Assembly: GCA_031372465.1 (NCBI GenBank)
Contig: JANMLJ010000244.1
Coordinates: 201-64,200, forward strand
Length of the DNA stretch: 64,000 bases
Source of the DNA: Chitinophagaceae bacterium
GTDB taxonomy: Bacteria; Bacteroidota; Bacteroidia; Chitinophagales; Chitinophagaceae
Direction: 5' to 3'
In this document: positions 49,501 to 58,826 of the stretch, in pieces
How positions within the stretch are numbered: the first letter of the stretch is position 1
Layout of the letters: each line of letters begins with the position of its first letter
The notes under the pieces: generated by a model
Seen by the model: only the letters and a program-made list of their open reading frames with translations
Database searches by the model: none
Told to the model about the DNA's origin: nothing
Made by a program: the position numbers and the translations under genes

Positions 49501-52185
49501 GGTGAACGGATGAATCTTGCGAATTCACCTTCAACTTTTATATGGCAACCGGTCTTCGACGATGAGATTTTGAATTTCCTGGCAGATCATAAAATTGAAA
49601 ATGAAATTGTATTTCCTGCTGCCGGATATATTGAAATGGCCTTGCAGGCTGCTAAAGAAACAAGTATAAATAATACACATGAGCTCTCTGATCTTGTAAT
49701 CAAAGAGAGCATGATTTTACAAAGTGAAAAGCCGGGATCAGTTCAGGTAATATTATCTCCTGCGGAAGATGGTAGTTTTATATTTAATGTATATAGTCGA
49801 ACTGTTCCGGATGAAAATTGGATTCTCCATGCAACAACCAATTTTATTCAGAATCAGAAAGCTGATGACCGGATAGCCTTTACCGGAGCTTCACGAGATG
49901 TTATTCGTCAGCAATGCACTTCCCAATTTACTTCAGAAGAGTTTTATCAGGCTTTACATTCACATGGCATACAATATGGCCCTGGTTTTCGTGCAGTTCA
50001 AAATATATGGAGCAAAGGCGACGAATCATTAGGTCTTATCAGCTTACCAGGGTCATTACAGCATGATAGTGACTTGTATCAAATACACCCCGCGTTATTA
50101 GATGCATGTCTTCAGGTATTGGCAGCAACACAAATAAATTCATCTGAATATAATCTTTACATCCCAACCGGATGCAAGCTCATCCGATTCTTTTCGAAAC
50201 CTGGCAAACTTATTTGGAGTCATGTAGCCCTGCGTTCAGTGCCTTCGTCAAGTAAAGATGTGCTTATAGCTGATATTATATTATCTGATAGTAACAGTCA
50301 AATTGTAGCAGAACTTATTGGCTTTAGTTTGCAACGTACCAGCAGACGTATTCGTAATCTTCTTTCACAGAAGGACACCTGGTTATATCGATTAGAATGG
50401 CAAGTCCAGAAACACCCGGCTGTTTCATCTTTTACTTTTCAGAAAGGAAAGAATTGGTTGATCTTTGCAGACGATCAGGGTTTTGGCGAAGAATTGGCTA
50501 AACAACTGGAGACAAGTGGTGACCAATGTCAATTGTTGTTTTTTAAGGATACGTTTAATGATATAAAAAGTGTACATGAAGATGCATTTCTTGAAGTGGT
50601 AGAGAAACAACTGAAAAATATATCTTCATCATTGTACGGTATCATACACTTGTGGAGTCTTTCAACACCTCATCCATCCGAAAATAACTCTGAGTTTGCA
50701 GATCAAACGCAAATGCACGGTTGTAACAGTGTATTATATCTTGTGCAGTCTTTGGCCAAACGTCTTGCCGTTATGCCAAAATTATGGTTAGTGACAAGAG
50801 GTGCCCAATCTGTAAATTCAGATGAGTACATCGCAGTTGAACAATCAGCAATGTGGGGTCTTGGTAAAGTGATTAGCTTTGAACTTCCTGAATTAAAATG
50901 TATCCGTATTGATCTGGATCGTCTGCAGTCAATTGCAGAATCAATTCCTCTTCTTGTAAAACAGATTTCAACAGATGATCGGGAAGATCAAATCGCATTA
51001 CGTGATGGAACTCGGTATGTCCTTCGTCTTTTACCATTCACGAACAAAGCATGGTTCAGCACACCGGCAACTTTATTCAGAGCAGATAGTACATATCTGA
51101 TTACTGGCGGCATGGGAGGATTAGGATTAAAAACTGCTGAATGGATGGTTCGAAAAGGAGCCCGGCACCTTGTATTACTTGGAAGAAATGAACCATCTCC
51201 TTTAGCAATGAACATAGTGGAAAAAATGCGGGATGAAGGCATTGAAATTTTTATTGCGCAGGCAGATGTTAGTGATGCGGCTCAATTAAAAAAAGTATTT
51301 GATAAAATTGAAATCAGTATGCCAATGTTACGTGGAGTAATTCACGAAGCGGGTATATTGGATGATGGAGCCATACTCAATCTTAACGCAGAACGAATGA
51401 GAAAGGTGATGGCGCCAAAGGTTGAGGGCACATGGAATCTTCACAATGCAACTTTGAATCTTCCCCTGGATTTCTTTGTTCTCTTTTCTTCTGCTGTCTC
51501 TGTATTGGGATCTCCGGGCCAGGCTAATTATGCTGCTGCAAGTTCATATCTAGATGCAATGGCGCATTTTCGTTGCAATTTGCGACTTCCGGCAATCAGC
51601 ATCAATTGGGGACCATGGGCTGAAGTTGGATTAGCTGCGGAAACGATTGAGAAACTAAAAGACGGCAACGCTTCAAATCAACATCTCATAAAGGTTATTA
51701 AAATTGATGAGGGGTTAGAAATTCTTGAACAACTTCTTAGCGAATCAACTCCCCAGGTTATGGTGTTACCATTTGATCTGAAGAACCTGATCGAGCTTTA
51801 TCCCACTGCTGCAGGTATGCCCTTCCTTGCAGAAGTTGGCGGCAGCGAAACACATGTTGCCCGTCTTTATGCAAGACCGAATCTACGCCAGGAGTATGTC
51901 GCACCACGTAGTGAAATTGAAAACAAACTTGCAGAGTTATGGCGACAGACATTACACATAGATCGTGTCGGTGTTCATGATTCTTTTTTTGAACTGGGTG
52001 GTGATTCTGTATTGGCTGCACAAGTTTTATCATTGGCTCAAAAAACTTTTGGAATACGCATCAACCCTCAGGATGCGTTTAAGGCCTTTACCATTGAACG
52101 AATCGCAGAAATGTTAGAGGCTGATATCATCGGCAAGATTGAAAGTATGAGTGAAGAAGAAGCAGAACGAAGACTTATGAAATGA
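46507..52185 (+). CDS. Type I modular PKS: ACP-KS-AT-DH-KR-ACP
   Basis: ACP YGLSS; KS DTACSSS/HGTGT/GHLE; AT GHSMG, IDVVQ, VASH; DH HPLLG/LADH/HPALLD; KR GGMGGLG, LDD, YAAAS; ACP LGGDS. GTG start. Confidence 0.95.
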   Translation: MLKKREIQDWLIAHIAELLHIAPDTIDIRESFSSYGLSSLDVVSLSGDLQELLGRRLSPTLAYDYPNILTLSNHLAENIENKKSSLVTNSMSDTSKEPIAIIGIGCRFPGAKDPESFWQLLRDGVDMISEVPADRWNKQAFYHPDPSVPGKSISSWGGFLENIDQFDPFFFGISPIEAKYMDPQQRLLLELSYEALDSTGKTKENLSSTKTGVFIGISLNEYSQLQFGDPSMITSHSGTGNALSIAANRISYFFNFHGPSMAIDTACSSSLTAVHLACQSIRSGECSMALAGGVNMILSPAHSIAFTKAGVLAPDGRCKTFDAGANGYVRGEGGGVIVLKSLSSALADGDPIQAIILSSAMGQDGRTNGLMAPSQEGQEEMLREAYKAAGVSPDSVQYVETHGTGTLLGDSMEAKALGKVIGTDRKNGPCAIGSVKTNIGHLEAAAGIAGLIKVILSLKNRTIPPSLHYHSPNPHIPFDELKLRVNSELNSWPSDSDHPALAGVSSFGFGGTNVHVIVSEAISYKKDEKEKKQIDSTYSNCFLLPLSAHSPDALHPLADSFIELLADDSDITANDICYAASARRSQYDYRLAVVGNSRNELHNNLQAFIRREQNPNVIIGSGVAHRLPKLAFVFSGQGGQWFGMGRELLKQEPVFYKAIERIDQIIQKNFSWSLTDELCAERSVSRLGEIDVVQPVLFAIQIALAELWQSWGIKPDAVVGHSMGEVASAYIAGVLSLEDAIKIVCSRSQLLKKLRGKGSMIVTELSPAQAKEVLNGYDKEIAIAVFNSPSSTVLSGDTETINKVKDSLARQNLFCKLVNVDVASHSPQIDLLRSDMYKVLEGLDPQPATLPIYSTVTGARANDLNFNADYWIDNLRKPVLFSDAIGQLFDDGYSTFIEIGPHPVLLSSIQQSLQSRNRKVSLLPSLRREEPERQILFGSLGKLYTEGFSIDWKNIYPNGGKYVNLPLIPWQRQRYWTDTKSSRSKNSWHWDKNVHPLLGERMNLANSPSTFIWQPVFDDEILNFLADHKIENEIVFPAAGYIEMALQAAKETSINNTHELSDLVIKESMILQSEKPGSVQVILSPAEDGSFIFNVYSRTVPDENWILHATTNFIQNQKADDRIAFTGASRDVIRQQCTSQFTSEEFYQALHSHGIQYGPGFRAVQNIWSKGDESLGLISLPGSLQHDSDLYQIHPALLDACLQVLAATQINSSEYNLYIPTGCKLIRFFSKPGKLIWSHVALRSVPSSSKDVLIADIILSDSNSQIVAELIGFSLQRTSRRIRNLLSQKDTWLYRLEWQVQKHPAVSSFTFQKGKNWLIFADDQGFGEELAKQLETSGDQCQLLFFKDTFNDIKSVHEDAFLEVVEKQLKNISSSLYGIIHLWSLSTPHPSENNSEFADQTQMHGCNSVLYLVQSLAKRLAVMPKLWLVTRGAQSVNSDEYIAVEQSAMWGLGKVISFELPELKCIRIDLDRLQSIAESIPLLVKQISTDDREDQIALRDGTRYVLRLLPFTNKAWFSTPATLFRADSTYLITGGMGGLGLKTAEWMVRKGARHLVLLGRNEPSPLAMNIVEKMRDEGIEIFIAQADVSDAAQLKKVFDKIEISMPMLRGVIHEAGILDDGAILNLNAERMRKVMAPKVEGTWNLHNATLNLPLDFFVLFSSAVSVLGSPGQANYAAASSYLDAMAHFRCNLRLPAISINWGPWAEVGLAAETIEKLKDGNASNQHLIKVIKIDEGLEILEQLLSESTPQVMVLPFDLKNLIELYPTAAGMPFLAEVGGSETHVARLYARPNLRQEYVAPRSEIENKLAELWRQTLHIDRVGVHDSFFELGGDSVLAAQVLSLAQKTFGIRINPQDAFKAFTIERIAEMLEADIIGKIESMSEEEAERRLMK

Positions 52186-52192
52186 AACTAAT

Positions 52193-55100
52193 ATGGCAGA
52201 CAAGAATCTTTCACCGGCAAAACGGGCATTGTTGGAAAAATGGCTGCAGGGAAAATTGAAAGCTGATTCGACAAGTATTACACGACGGCCTCTGAATAGT
52301 CCTGTTCCGCTTTCCTTTCCCCAACAACGCCAGTTGTTTCTTGAATTGCTCGAACCCGGTACTGCCGTTAACAACCTTTCTGTTTTTCTTAAGTTGGAAG
52401 GCAAACTTGATATTGCTGCCTTACAACAAAGTGCCAACAAGATCATTGCCCGTCATGATGCGTTGCATACACGATTTTCTTTTGGTAGTGGACTGCCAAT
52501 ACCAGAAATTTTAATTGATACGAAGATTACTATTCCAATCGTCGATTTGCGACAATTTGAGATTAATGAACAAATGACTGAAGCACGGAGGCTTGCAGAA
52601 AAGGAGGTTTTAAAAACATTCGATCTTACTAAAGCTCCTTTGATACGAATAAAGCTTTACGTATTAAGCGATGAAAAATATTTATTGCTCCTTGTTGTTC
52701 ATCATACCATTGCAGATGGTTGGTCTTTAGGTGTGTTTCTCCGTGAGTTGATGATGTTTTACCAGGAAATCACCAGCGGTAAATCCACACACCTGTCTGA
52801 ATTACCTGTTCAATATTCCGATTACGCATATTGGCAAAGCACGATAAAAAAAGAAGAGTTACAATCATCAATGTCGTATTGGAAAAAACAGTTAGCCGGC
52901 CAACTCCCTGTTTTAGAATTACCAACAGATCATCAACGGGGATCGAGGCAAACTTTTTCCGGTGGGACACATCGTTTCGTTCTCTCCCCGCAATTAATGG
53001 AAGCAATCGATAGGTTATGCCGCCAGGAAGATGTCACGTTGTTCATGGTCATGCTTACAGCGTTTTTTATTCTGCTTCATCGTTATAGCAGGCAAAATGA
53101 AATCTTAGTTGGAACGCCAGTTGCTAATCGTAATCGGCAGGAGCTTGAAAATCTGATCGGGGTTTTTATCAATACACTTATACTTCGAGCAACCATTTCT
53201 GGTGATACAGGTTTTCGTGAGTTACTTAAGCAAGTTCGGAATGTATCCCTGGAGGCTTATGCACATCAAGATCTGCCTTTTGAAAAACTAGTAGAAGAGT
53301 TGAAGCCGCAACGGGATCTCAGTCGTACTCCACTTTTCCAGTCAGTCTTTAACATGCAAAATGCACCGATGCCAAAACTACAAATTCCAGGTCTTGACAT
53401 GGGGTTCATGGATATCGATCGAGGTGTATCTCAATTTGATCTTACGATGATAATGTCAATGTCGGAAGGACAATGGCATGGTATAGTTGAATATAATCGT
53501 GATCTCTTTAATGCGTCTACAATTGCCAGAATGTTCCAATCATTTCAGATGCTTCTTGAAGATGCAATTATCCGACTTGATCATCCTGTTTCAAGATTAC
53601 AATTGATGACCAAAGAAGAGCAGCACCGTATTGTGAACGAACTGAATCAGACCAAACTTGATTTTCCCCGTGAAAAATGTATACATCAGCTTTTTGAAAA
53701 CCAAGTTGAAGAAACACCGGATGCTATAGCAGTTATAAACGATGATAGTAAAATAACTTATTTCGAACTTAACCGTCGTGCCAATCTGTTGGCAAAGCAT
53801 TTACAGTCGTTGGGTGTAGGCCCTGAAGTCCGTGTTGGTATTTTAATGGACAAATCTTTTGAAATGGTCGAAGCACTTCTTGCTGTTTTTAAGGCCGGCG
53901 GAACATATGTACCAATCAGCACTTCTTTTCCTGCAGAAAGAGTAGCATTCATTTTGAAAGATGCGGATATAAATATATTAATGACAAATGCAGCTCCTGA
54001 TCTGCCAGAAGACAGTAAAGTGCACATTGTTAGAATGAATGAAAAAATAATTCCAAAAGAAGGTGTTGGTCAAAATCCGTACACCAATGTTACTTCAGAT
54101 GATCTTGCATATATAATTTATACTTCCGGGTCCACAGGACAGCCCAAGGGAGTAATGGTATATCATGCTTCAGTTGTTAATTTTCTTTGGTCAATGCGCT
54201 TACAACCGGGCATCAATAAGGATGATTTACTTTTATCCGTTACTCCGATTTCTTTTGATATTGCAGCTCTTGAATTGTTTCTGCCTTTAATTGTCGGTGC
54301 AACAGTAGTAATTGTGAGTAAGGAGATAACCAATAATCCTTTCAAGTTTGGCCAGGCAATCGATCATTATCATATAAATATTATGCAGGCCACTCCTGCA
54401 ACCTGGCAATTGCTTGTCGAATCGGGTTGGGCTGGTGAACCAAAGTTGAAAGCACTTTGCGGTGGCGAGATATTAACAAGAAAATTGGCTGATCAGCTTT
54501 TGGACAGTGTTGGCAGTTTATGGAATATGTATGGTCCAACCGAAACAACCATATGGTCTTCTTTAGGCGAAATAAAAAAAGGAGATACTCCGATAACTAT
54601 TGGGAAACCTATTGGTAATACACAGCTTTATATATTGGATCGTTATCTACAACCCTTACCTATTGGTGTAGTCGGCGAATTGCATATAGGGGGTGAAGGA
54701 TTAGCGCTTGGTTATCTTAATCATCAGCATTTGACAAGTGAAAAATTTATTCCCGATTGCTTCAATTCAACCCCGGGCATGCGATTGTATAAAACGGGTG
54801 ACAGTGCCCGTTATTTGCCGGATTATTCCATAGAGATTCTTGGGCGTATCGATTACCAGGTAAAGATTCATGGTCACCGTATAGAATTGGGTGAGATAGA
54901 AGCCGTGTTAATGCAACATCCTTCGATCAATGAAGCTATTGTGATCGTCCGGACTGAATCGTCTGGTAACAAACGATTAGTGGCCTACTTTATTCCAATG
55001 AATGACAAGTCTCCCGACGCAGGTGAATTACGGGACTTCATTAGAAAAAAGTTGCCGGCATATATGATCCCAGTTGTATTCATTTCTATAAAAAGCTTGC

Positions 55101-55405
55101 CATTAACGCCCAACGGAAAAATAAATCGTAAGGCTTTACCAGTGCCTGAAGATATTCGTCAGCTTCCCGGACATGTTGCTCCACGAAACGAAGTGGAGAA
55201 AACTCTGGCTAAGATTTGGCAAGATGTTCTTGGTATTGAGCAAGTGGGTATTCACGATAATTTTTTTGATCTCGGTGGAGCTTCGATTCAGAGTCTTCAG
55301 ATCGTTGCCCGTGCTAATATGGCCGGTTTTCCATTGAGTGCTGAAAACATTTTTGAATATCAGACCATCGCCGAGTTGGCTGTACAAGTTAAAGGCGACC
55401 TATAA
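52193..55405 (+). CDS. Single-module NRPS C-A(Gly)-PCP, no TE or R domain
   Basis: C: HHTIADG. A: YTSGSTGQPKG, YGPTETT, YKTGD, NGK; specificity residues read manually as DILQLGMIWK. PCP: LGGAS. Confidence 0.93.
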   Translation: MADKNLSPAKRALLEKWLQGKLKADSTSITRRPLNSPVPLSFPQQRQLFLELLEPGTAVNNLSVFLKLEGKLDIAALQQSANKIIARHDALHTRFSFGSGLPIPEILIDTKITIPIVDLRQFEINEQMTEARRLAEKEVLKTFDLTKAPLIRIKLYVLSDEKYLLLLVVHHTIADGWSLGVFLRELMMFYQEITSGKSTHLSELPVQYSDYAYWQSTIKKEELQSSMSYWKKQLAGQLPVLELPTDHQRGSRQTFSGGTHRFVLSPQLMEAIDRLCRQEDVTLFMVMLTAFFILLHRYSRQNEILVGTPVANRNRQELENLIGVFINTLILRATISGDTGFRELLKQVRNVSLEAYAHQDLPFEKLVEELKPQRDLSRTPLFQSVFNMQNAPMPKLQIPGLDMGFMDIDRGVSQFDLTMIMSMSEGQWHGIVEYNRDLFNASTIARMFQSFQMLLEDAIIRLDHPVSRLQLMTKEEQHRIVNELNQTKLDFPREKCIHQLFENQVEETPDAIAVINDDSKITYFELNRRANLLAKHLQSLGVGPEVRVGILMDKSFEMVEALLAVFKAGGTYVPISTSFPAERVAFILKDADINILMTNAAPDLPEDSKVHIVRMNEKIIPKEGVGQNPYTNVTSDDLAYIIYTSGSTGQPKGVMVYHASVVNFLWSMRLQPGINKDDLLLSVTPISFDIAALELFLPLIVGATVVIVSKEITNNPFKFGQAIDHYHINIMQATPATWQLLVESGWAGEPKLKALCGGEILTRKLADQLLDSVGSLWNMYGPTETTIWSSLGEIKKGDTPITIGKPIGNTQLYILDRYLQPLPIGVVGELHIGGEGLALGYLNHQHLTSEKFIPDCFNSTPGMRLYKTGDSARYLPDYSIEILGRIDYQVKIHGHRIELGEIEAVLMQHPSINEAIVIVRTESSGNKRLVAYFIPMNDKSPDAGELRDFIRKKLPAYMIPVVFISIKSLPLTPNGKINRKALPVPEDIRQLPGHVAPRNEVEKTLAKIWQDVLGIEQVGIHDNFFDLGGASIQSLQIVARANMAGFPLSAENIFEYQTIAELAVQVKGDL

Positions 55406-56059
55406 AGCCGGAGAAGACCCGCTGACATTTTTTCTATTTGAGTTAATAACTAAAATAATCAACAAGCTCAAAATAGCTGCAAAAAAACACCAGACAGAAA
55501 TTAAGTAGTTCGTGAAAAAAAAGTAAGTAATAATCAACGATGCCATCATAGCAGCAGCTAATAATTTCGTATAGCGCAAAGTGGAAAGAAATGGTGTCAC
55601 TGCAATGGTCACAAAATTTATTGGGCGCATTATATTAAGATATGGAAAATCCCGGTAGTAGCGAATATGACAGTTCTCCACAACGCCAGAAATGTCATAA
55701 TTAATAAGGCAATAAAACATATATAAAGATGCAGCTATTCCTAATAAAAAAAAGTAGTACAAAATTTTTTTTTGGTTTTTGTCAGTTTCCATCAGTCACA
55801 TAATAAGTGGAGTCCAAATTGGCCAGATGGGTTACGAAATAAATGAGTAGCCATATAGTGCCGGCTTATACAAGGATGCGAAATCAGGATTTGTTAAGGA
55901 CAACCACAAACAGCCTTCTGCGATCTGATGAAAACTAAATAAAAGAGGTGTACATGCAAAAGCCAACATCCCTGGAGATTTGGTACGTTTGATAGCATAA
56001 ATACCAGGACCTAACAGGCCTGCTCCGACCGCAAAACTTGCAGTTGCTGAAAAACACAT
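55400..56059 (-). pseudogene. DUF6629-like membrane protein interrupted by two in-frame stops
   Basis: MCFSATASF start and SVWCFFAA motif. ORFs 55832-56059 and 55400-55792 share one frame, separated by TAA (55834-55832) and TGA (55798-55796). Confidence 0.8.
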
Positions 56060-56175
56060 AAGCGATGGTTTTAATTAAATTAACCCGGCCATTCATTATC
56101 TCAGCAAAATCATTTTATGAATGAAAATCTTTCTAAACAAATAACAAATTATATATCATCTAAAAACTACAACAT

Positions 56176-57183
56176 TTATTGAATCAGGTCCGAAGATTTT
56201 AAAACCCAGGTCCGCAACCGTTCCATTCCTTCTTCGAAAGAAATCTCAACTTCATAACCGAAATCTTTCTTTGCGGCTGAAATATCGTACCAATGTGAAG
56301 TTGAAAGCTGATTGGCAAGAAAAAAAGTGATTGGAGGTTCAGAAGAAATCCCGAAAAGACGATAAGTAATTTCTAAAAGACGACCTGCAATGCGTGCAAT
56401 TCCCGGGGACAGGCGTTTGGCAACAGGAGGGTATGCGCCGATGGCCAGTAGTTTATTTATGAGTTCAGTAATTGGTATAGGAGTGCCTTGCGAAATAAAA
56501 TATGTTTTTCCTTCAACCGGGGTTGGGTCAATGAGCAATTGATCAAAAACTTTCAGGTGGGCTTTGGCAGCATTGTCGATATATGTGCAGTCCACCAGAT
56601 TGGCAGAGTTGCCAAGAATACGCAGCTTGCCGGCTTTTGCTTTTTTAAACAACTTAGGAATGTAATGAGTATCTCCCGGTCCCCAGATCAAGTGAGGACG
56701 CAGAGAAACTGTTTTAAGAGTATCATAATTGGCATTCATCACTAGTTTTTCTGCGATGGCTTTTGTTTGAGGATACCATGCATTATATTTTTTAGCATAT
56801 GGAAGACTTTCGTTTTGCCCTTCTGAATTTTTACCATCGAATACAACACTGGGAGAGCTGGTGAAAACGAGATTACGGATATTTAATTCGCGACATGCGA
56901 GTAAAATGTTTTCGGTTCCTTTTACATTAACCCGATAATATTCTTCATACTTACCCCAAATGCCCGTTTTAGCTGCAACATGAAAAACTGCTTCACAGCC
57001 AGTCATTGATTCTTTTAATACTTTGTATTCAGATATGTCGCCCTGTAAATGTGTTACGCCAAACTGGTTTAGTGCAGGATGTGCATTCCTGGAAAAGCTA
57101 ACCACTTCATGTTCATTGGCACGCAATTGCTTAACAATTGCAAATCCCAAAAATCCGCCACCACCGGTTACAAAAATTTTCAT
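56176..57183 (-). CDS. oleD: OleD-like 2-alkyl-3-oxoalkanoate reductase (3-beta-HSD/extended SDR)
   Basis: TGGGGFLG, FHVAAK, FTSSPSV, YPQTK, LRPHLIWGPGD; coupled to the oleC-like gene. Confidence 0.85.
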   Translation of the reverse strand: MKIFVTGGGGFLGFAIVKQLRANEHEVVSFSRNAHPALNQFGVTHLQGDISEYKVLKESMTGCEAVFHVAAKTGIWGKYEEYYRVNVKGTENILLACRELNIRNLVFTSSPSVVFDGKNSEGQNESLPYAKKYNAWYPQTKAIAEKLVMNANYDTLKTVSLRPHLIWGPGDTHYIPKLFKKAKAGKLRILGNSANLVDCTYIDNAAKAHLKVFDQLLIDPTPVEGKTYFISQGTPIPITELINKLLAIGAYPPVAKRLSPGIARIAGRLLEITYRLFGISSEPPITFFLANQLSTSHWYDISAAKKDFGYEVEISFEEGMERLRTWVLKSSDLIQ

Positions 57184-58826
57184 ACCAGTTTATTTTTCGC
57201 CCAAACCGCCAGGTTTTCCCGAATGATTTTTGCATTGTGCCTGATATCAACCGGAAAGCCGGGATGAAATAGTATCGTATCAAAATCTATGGTCAATGGA
57301 TGAGATGCTGCCATCTCCAGCAATTCCTTTTTAAGTTTTATCCTGTCGATTGGGTTATCATTTTTTTCTGCTTCAACACATAAAACTGCTTTACCATTTA
57401 CTCCCACCAATGCTGTACGGAATACATCCGGATGTTGATTAAAAATATACTCACATTGAATTGAATAAAGTTCCTTTTCTCCAACTTTCACCCGATGTGC
57501 TTTTCTTCCGCAAAACCAAAGATTACCTTCAGCATCGAAGTAGCCAAGATCTCCCATTCGATGGCGAACCTGGTTGCCATCCTGAATTTTCGAAAGCTTG
57601 GTGGCGGCCTCCCGGTTATAGTAGCTTCGGGTTACATTTTGTCCTTTTACGACAATCTCCCCGATCTCTCCTTGCGCAACTTTCAAATTTTCCGACCAGT
57701 TTGGAATCTCGTCATCAGTAATGCGAATAATTGCAATTTCAATATCGTTAACAGGTTTACCAATGCAAACTCCATATCCGTTTTCAGTTTTTTCCTTTGC
57801 CTCATTTAGTATCTGATAACTTCCCACCAAAGAAACCGGCATTGATTCAGTAGATCCGTAAGGAGTAAAAATCTGTGTCCCGGATTTCAGCATCGAAGAA
57901 AATCTTATCAAAGCTTTCGTTGATGCAGGGGCACCCGAAGAAATTACTCTTTTTAAACTTGGGAGTTTGATTCTATTTGCTTCACCAAATCGTCCAACTT
58001 TATCAATGAGTGCCGGCGAACCAAACATACTTGTTATACCAAATTGCTTTATCGGGCTGATAATATTTAATGGATTGGCCAGGGTGGGTTTTGATGGATC
58101 CATGTCCGGAAGAATGCTGCTCACGCCTAATGCAGCATTAAAAAGAGCATAGGGCGGAAAAGTAGGCATATCAATTTCACCTGGAGAAAAATCAAAACTG
58201 TCCCGGATCATCTTTAACTGTGAATGAAAATTACCATGTGAGCATATTACTCCTTTTGGTAATCCTGTAGATCCGCTTGTAAAAATGACAGCGGCTATAT
58301 CGTCCGGTCCTGCATCAAAAAAAGTTACTTGCTCATTAAATTGACCGAGCTTCCGGATGCGTTGCAAATTTTTCCCATTCCAAAAAAATCGTGGACCAAT
58401 AGTGATTGTTTTGTGTATCGTCTTTTTCCCCCAACCCAAAAGCACCCGTGCTATATGAGCTTTGCTTATGCCGATAAACCCCGCAGGTTCAGATTCAGCG
58501 ATGCAAGTCTTTAATTTTTTAATCCCAATTCCCGGATCAATGAATACAGGAACAATACCCGTTTGCAGCATTGAAAAACTTATAATAAAAAAATCAAAAC
58601 CTGGAGGCACCATCATTACCACTCTATCACCTTTTTCAAATCCTGCAGCAAGCAATCCTTTAGCCACAATTTTTATTTCAGATGCCAATTCTTTGAAAGA
58701 AATTTTTTTGTATTGTGTGATGCCATTTTTATCAAGACTGTTTTTTTCAGGTATAGCAATAGCAAGTGCATCCGGCTGTGATTTGGCCATCTCAATAACA
58801 GCTGCTGCTATGTTATACGTTTCCAT
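57180..58826 (-). CDS. oleC: OleC-like beta-lactone synthetase (ANL adenylating enzyme)
   Basis: FIDPG, FTSGSTGLPKG, TFPPYALF, TPYGSTE, HRMGD, WFCGRKAHRV, FPVDIRHNAKI. Confidence 0.88.
   Translation of the reverse strand: METYNIAAAVIEMAKSQPDALAIAIPEKNSLDKNGITQYKKISFKELASEIKIVAKGLLAAGFEKGDRVVMMVPPGFDFFIISFSMLQTGIVPVFIDPGIGIKKLKTCIAESEPAGFIGISKAHIARVLLGWGKKTIHKTITIGPRFFWNGKNLQRIRKLGQFNEQVTFFDAGPDDIAAVIFTSGSTGLPKGVICSHGNFHSQLKMIRDSFDFSPGEIDMPTFPPYALFNAALGVSSILPDMDPSKPTLANPLNIISPIKQFGITSMFGSPALIDKVGRFGEANRIKLPSLKRVISSGAPASTKALIRFSSMLKSGTQIFTPYGSTESMPVSLVGSYQILNEAKEKTENGYGVCIGKPVNDIEIAIIRITDDEIPNWSENLKVAQGEIGEIVVKGQNVTRSYYNREAATKLSKIQDGNQVRHRMGDLGYFDAEGNLWFCGRKAHRVKVGEKELYSIQCEYIFNQHPDVFRTALVGVNGKAVLCVEAEKNDNPIDRIKLKKELLEMAASHPLTIDFDTILFHPGFPVDIRHNAKIIRENLAVWAKNKLV

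Noticed and set aside
55796-55798. In-frame TGA as selenocysteine or recoding
   Set aside because: A TAA lies 12 codons earlier in the same frame, and Trp fits the context better.
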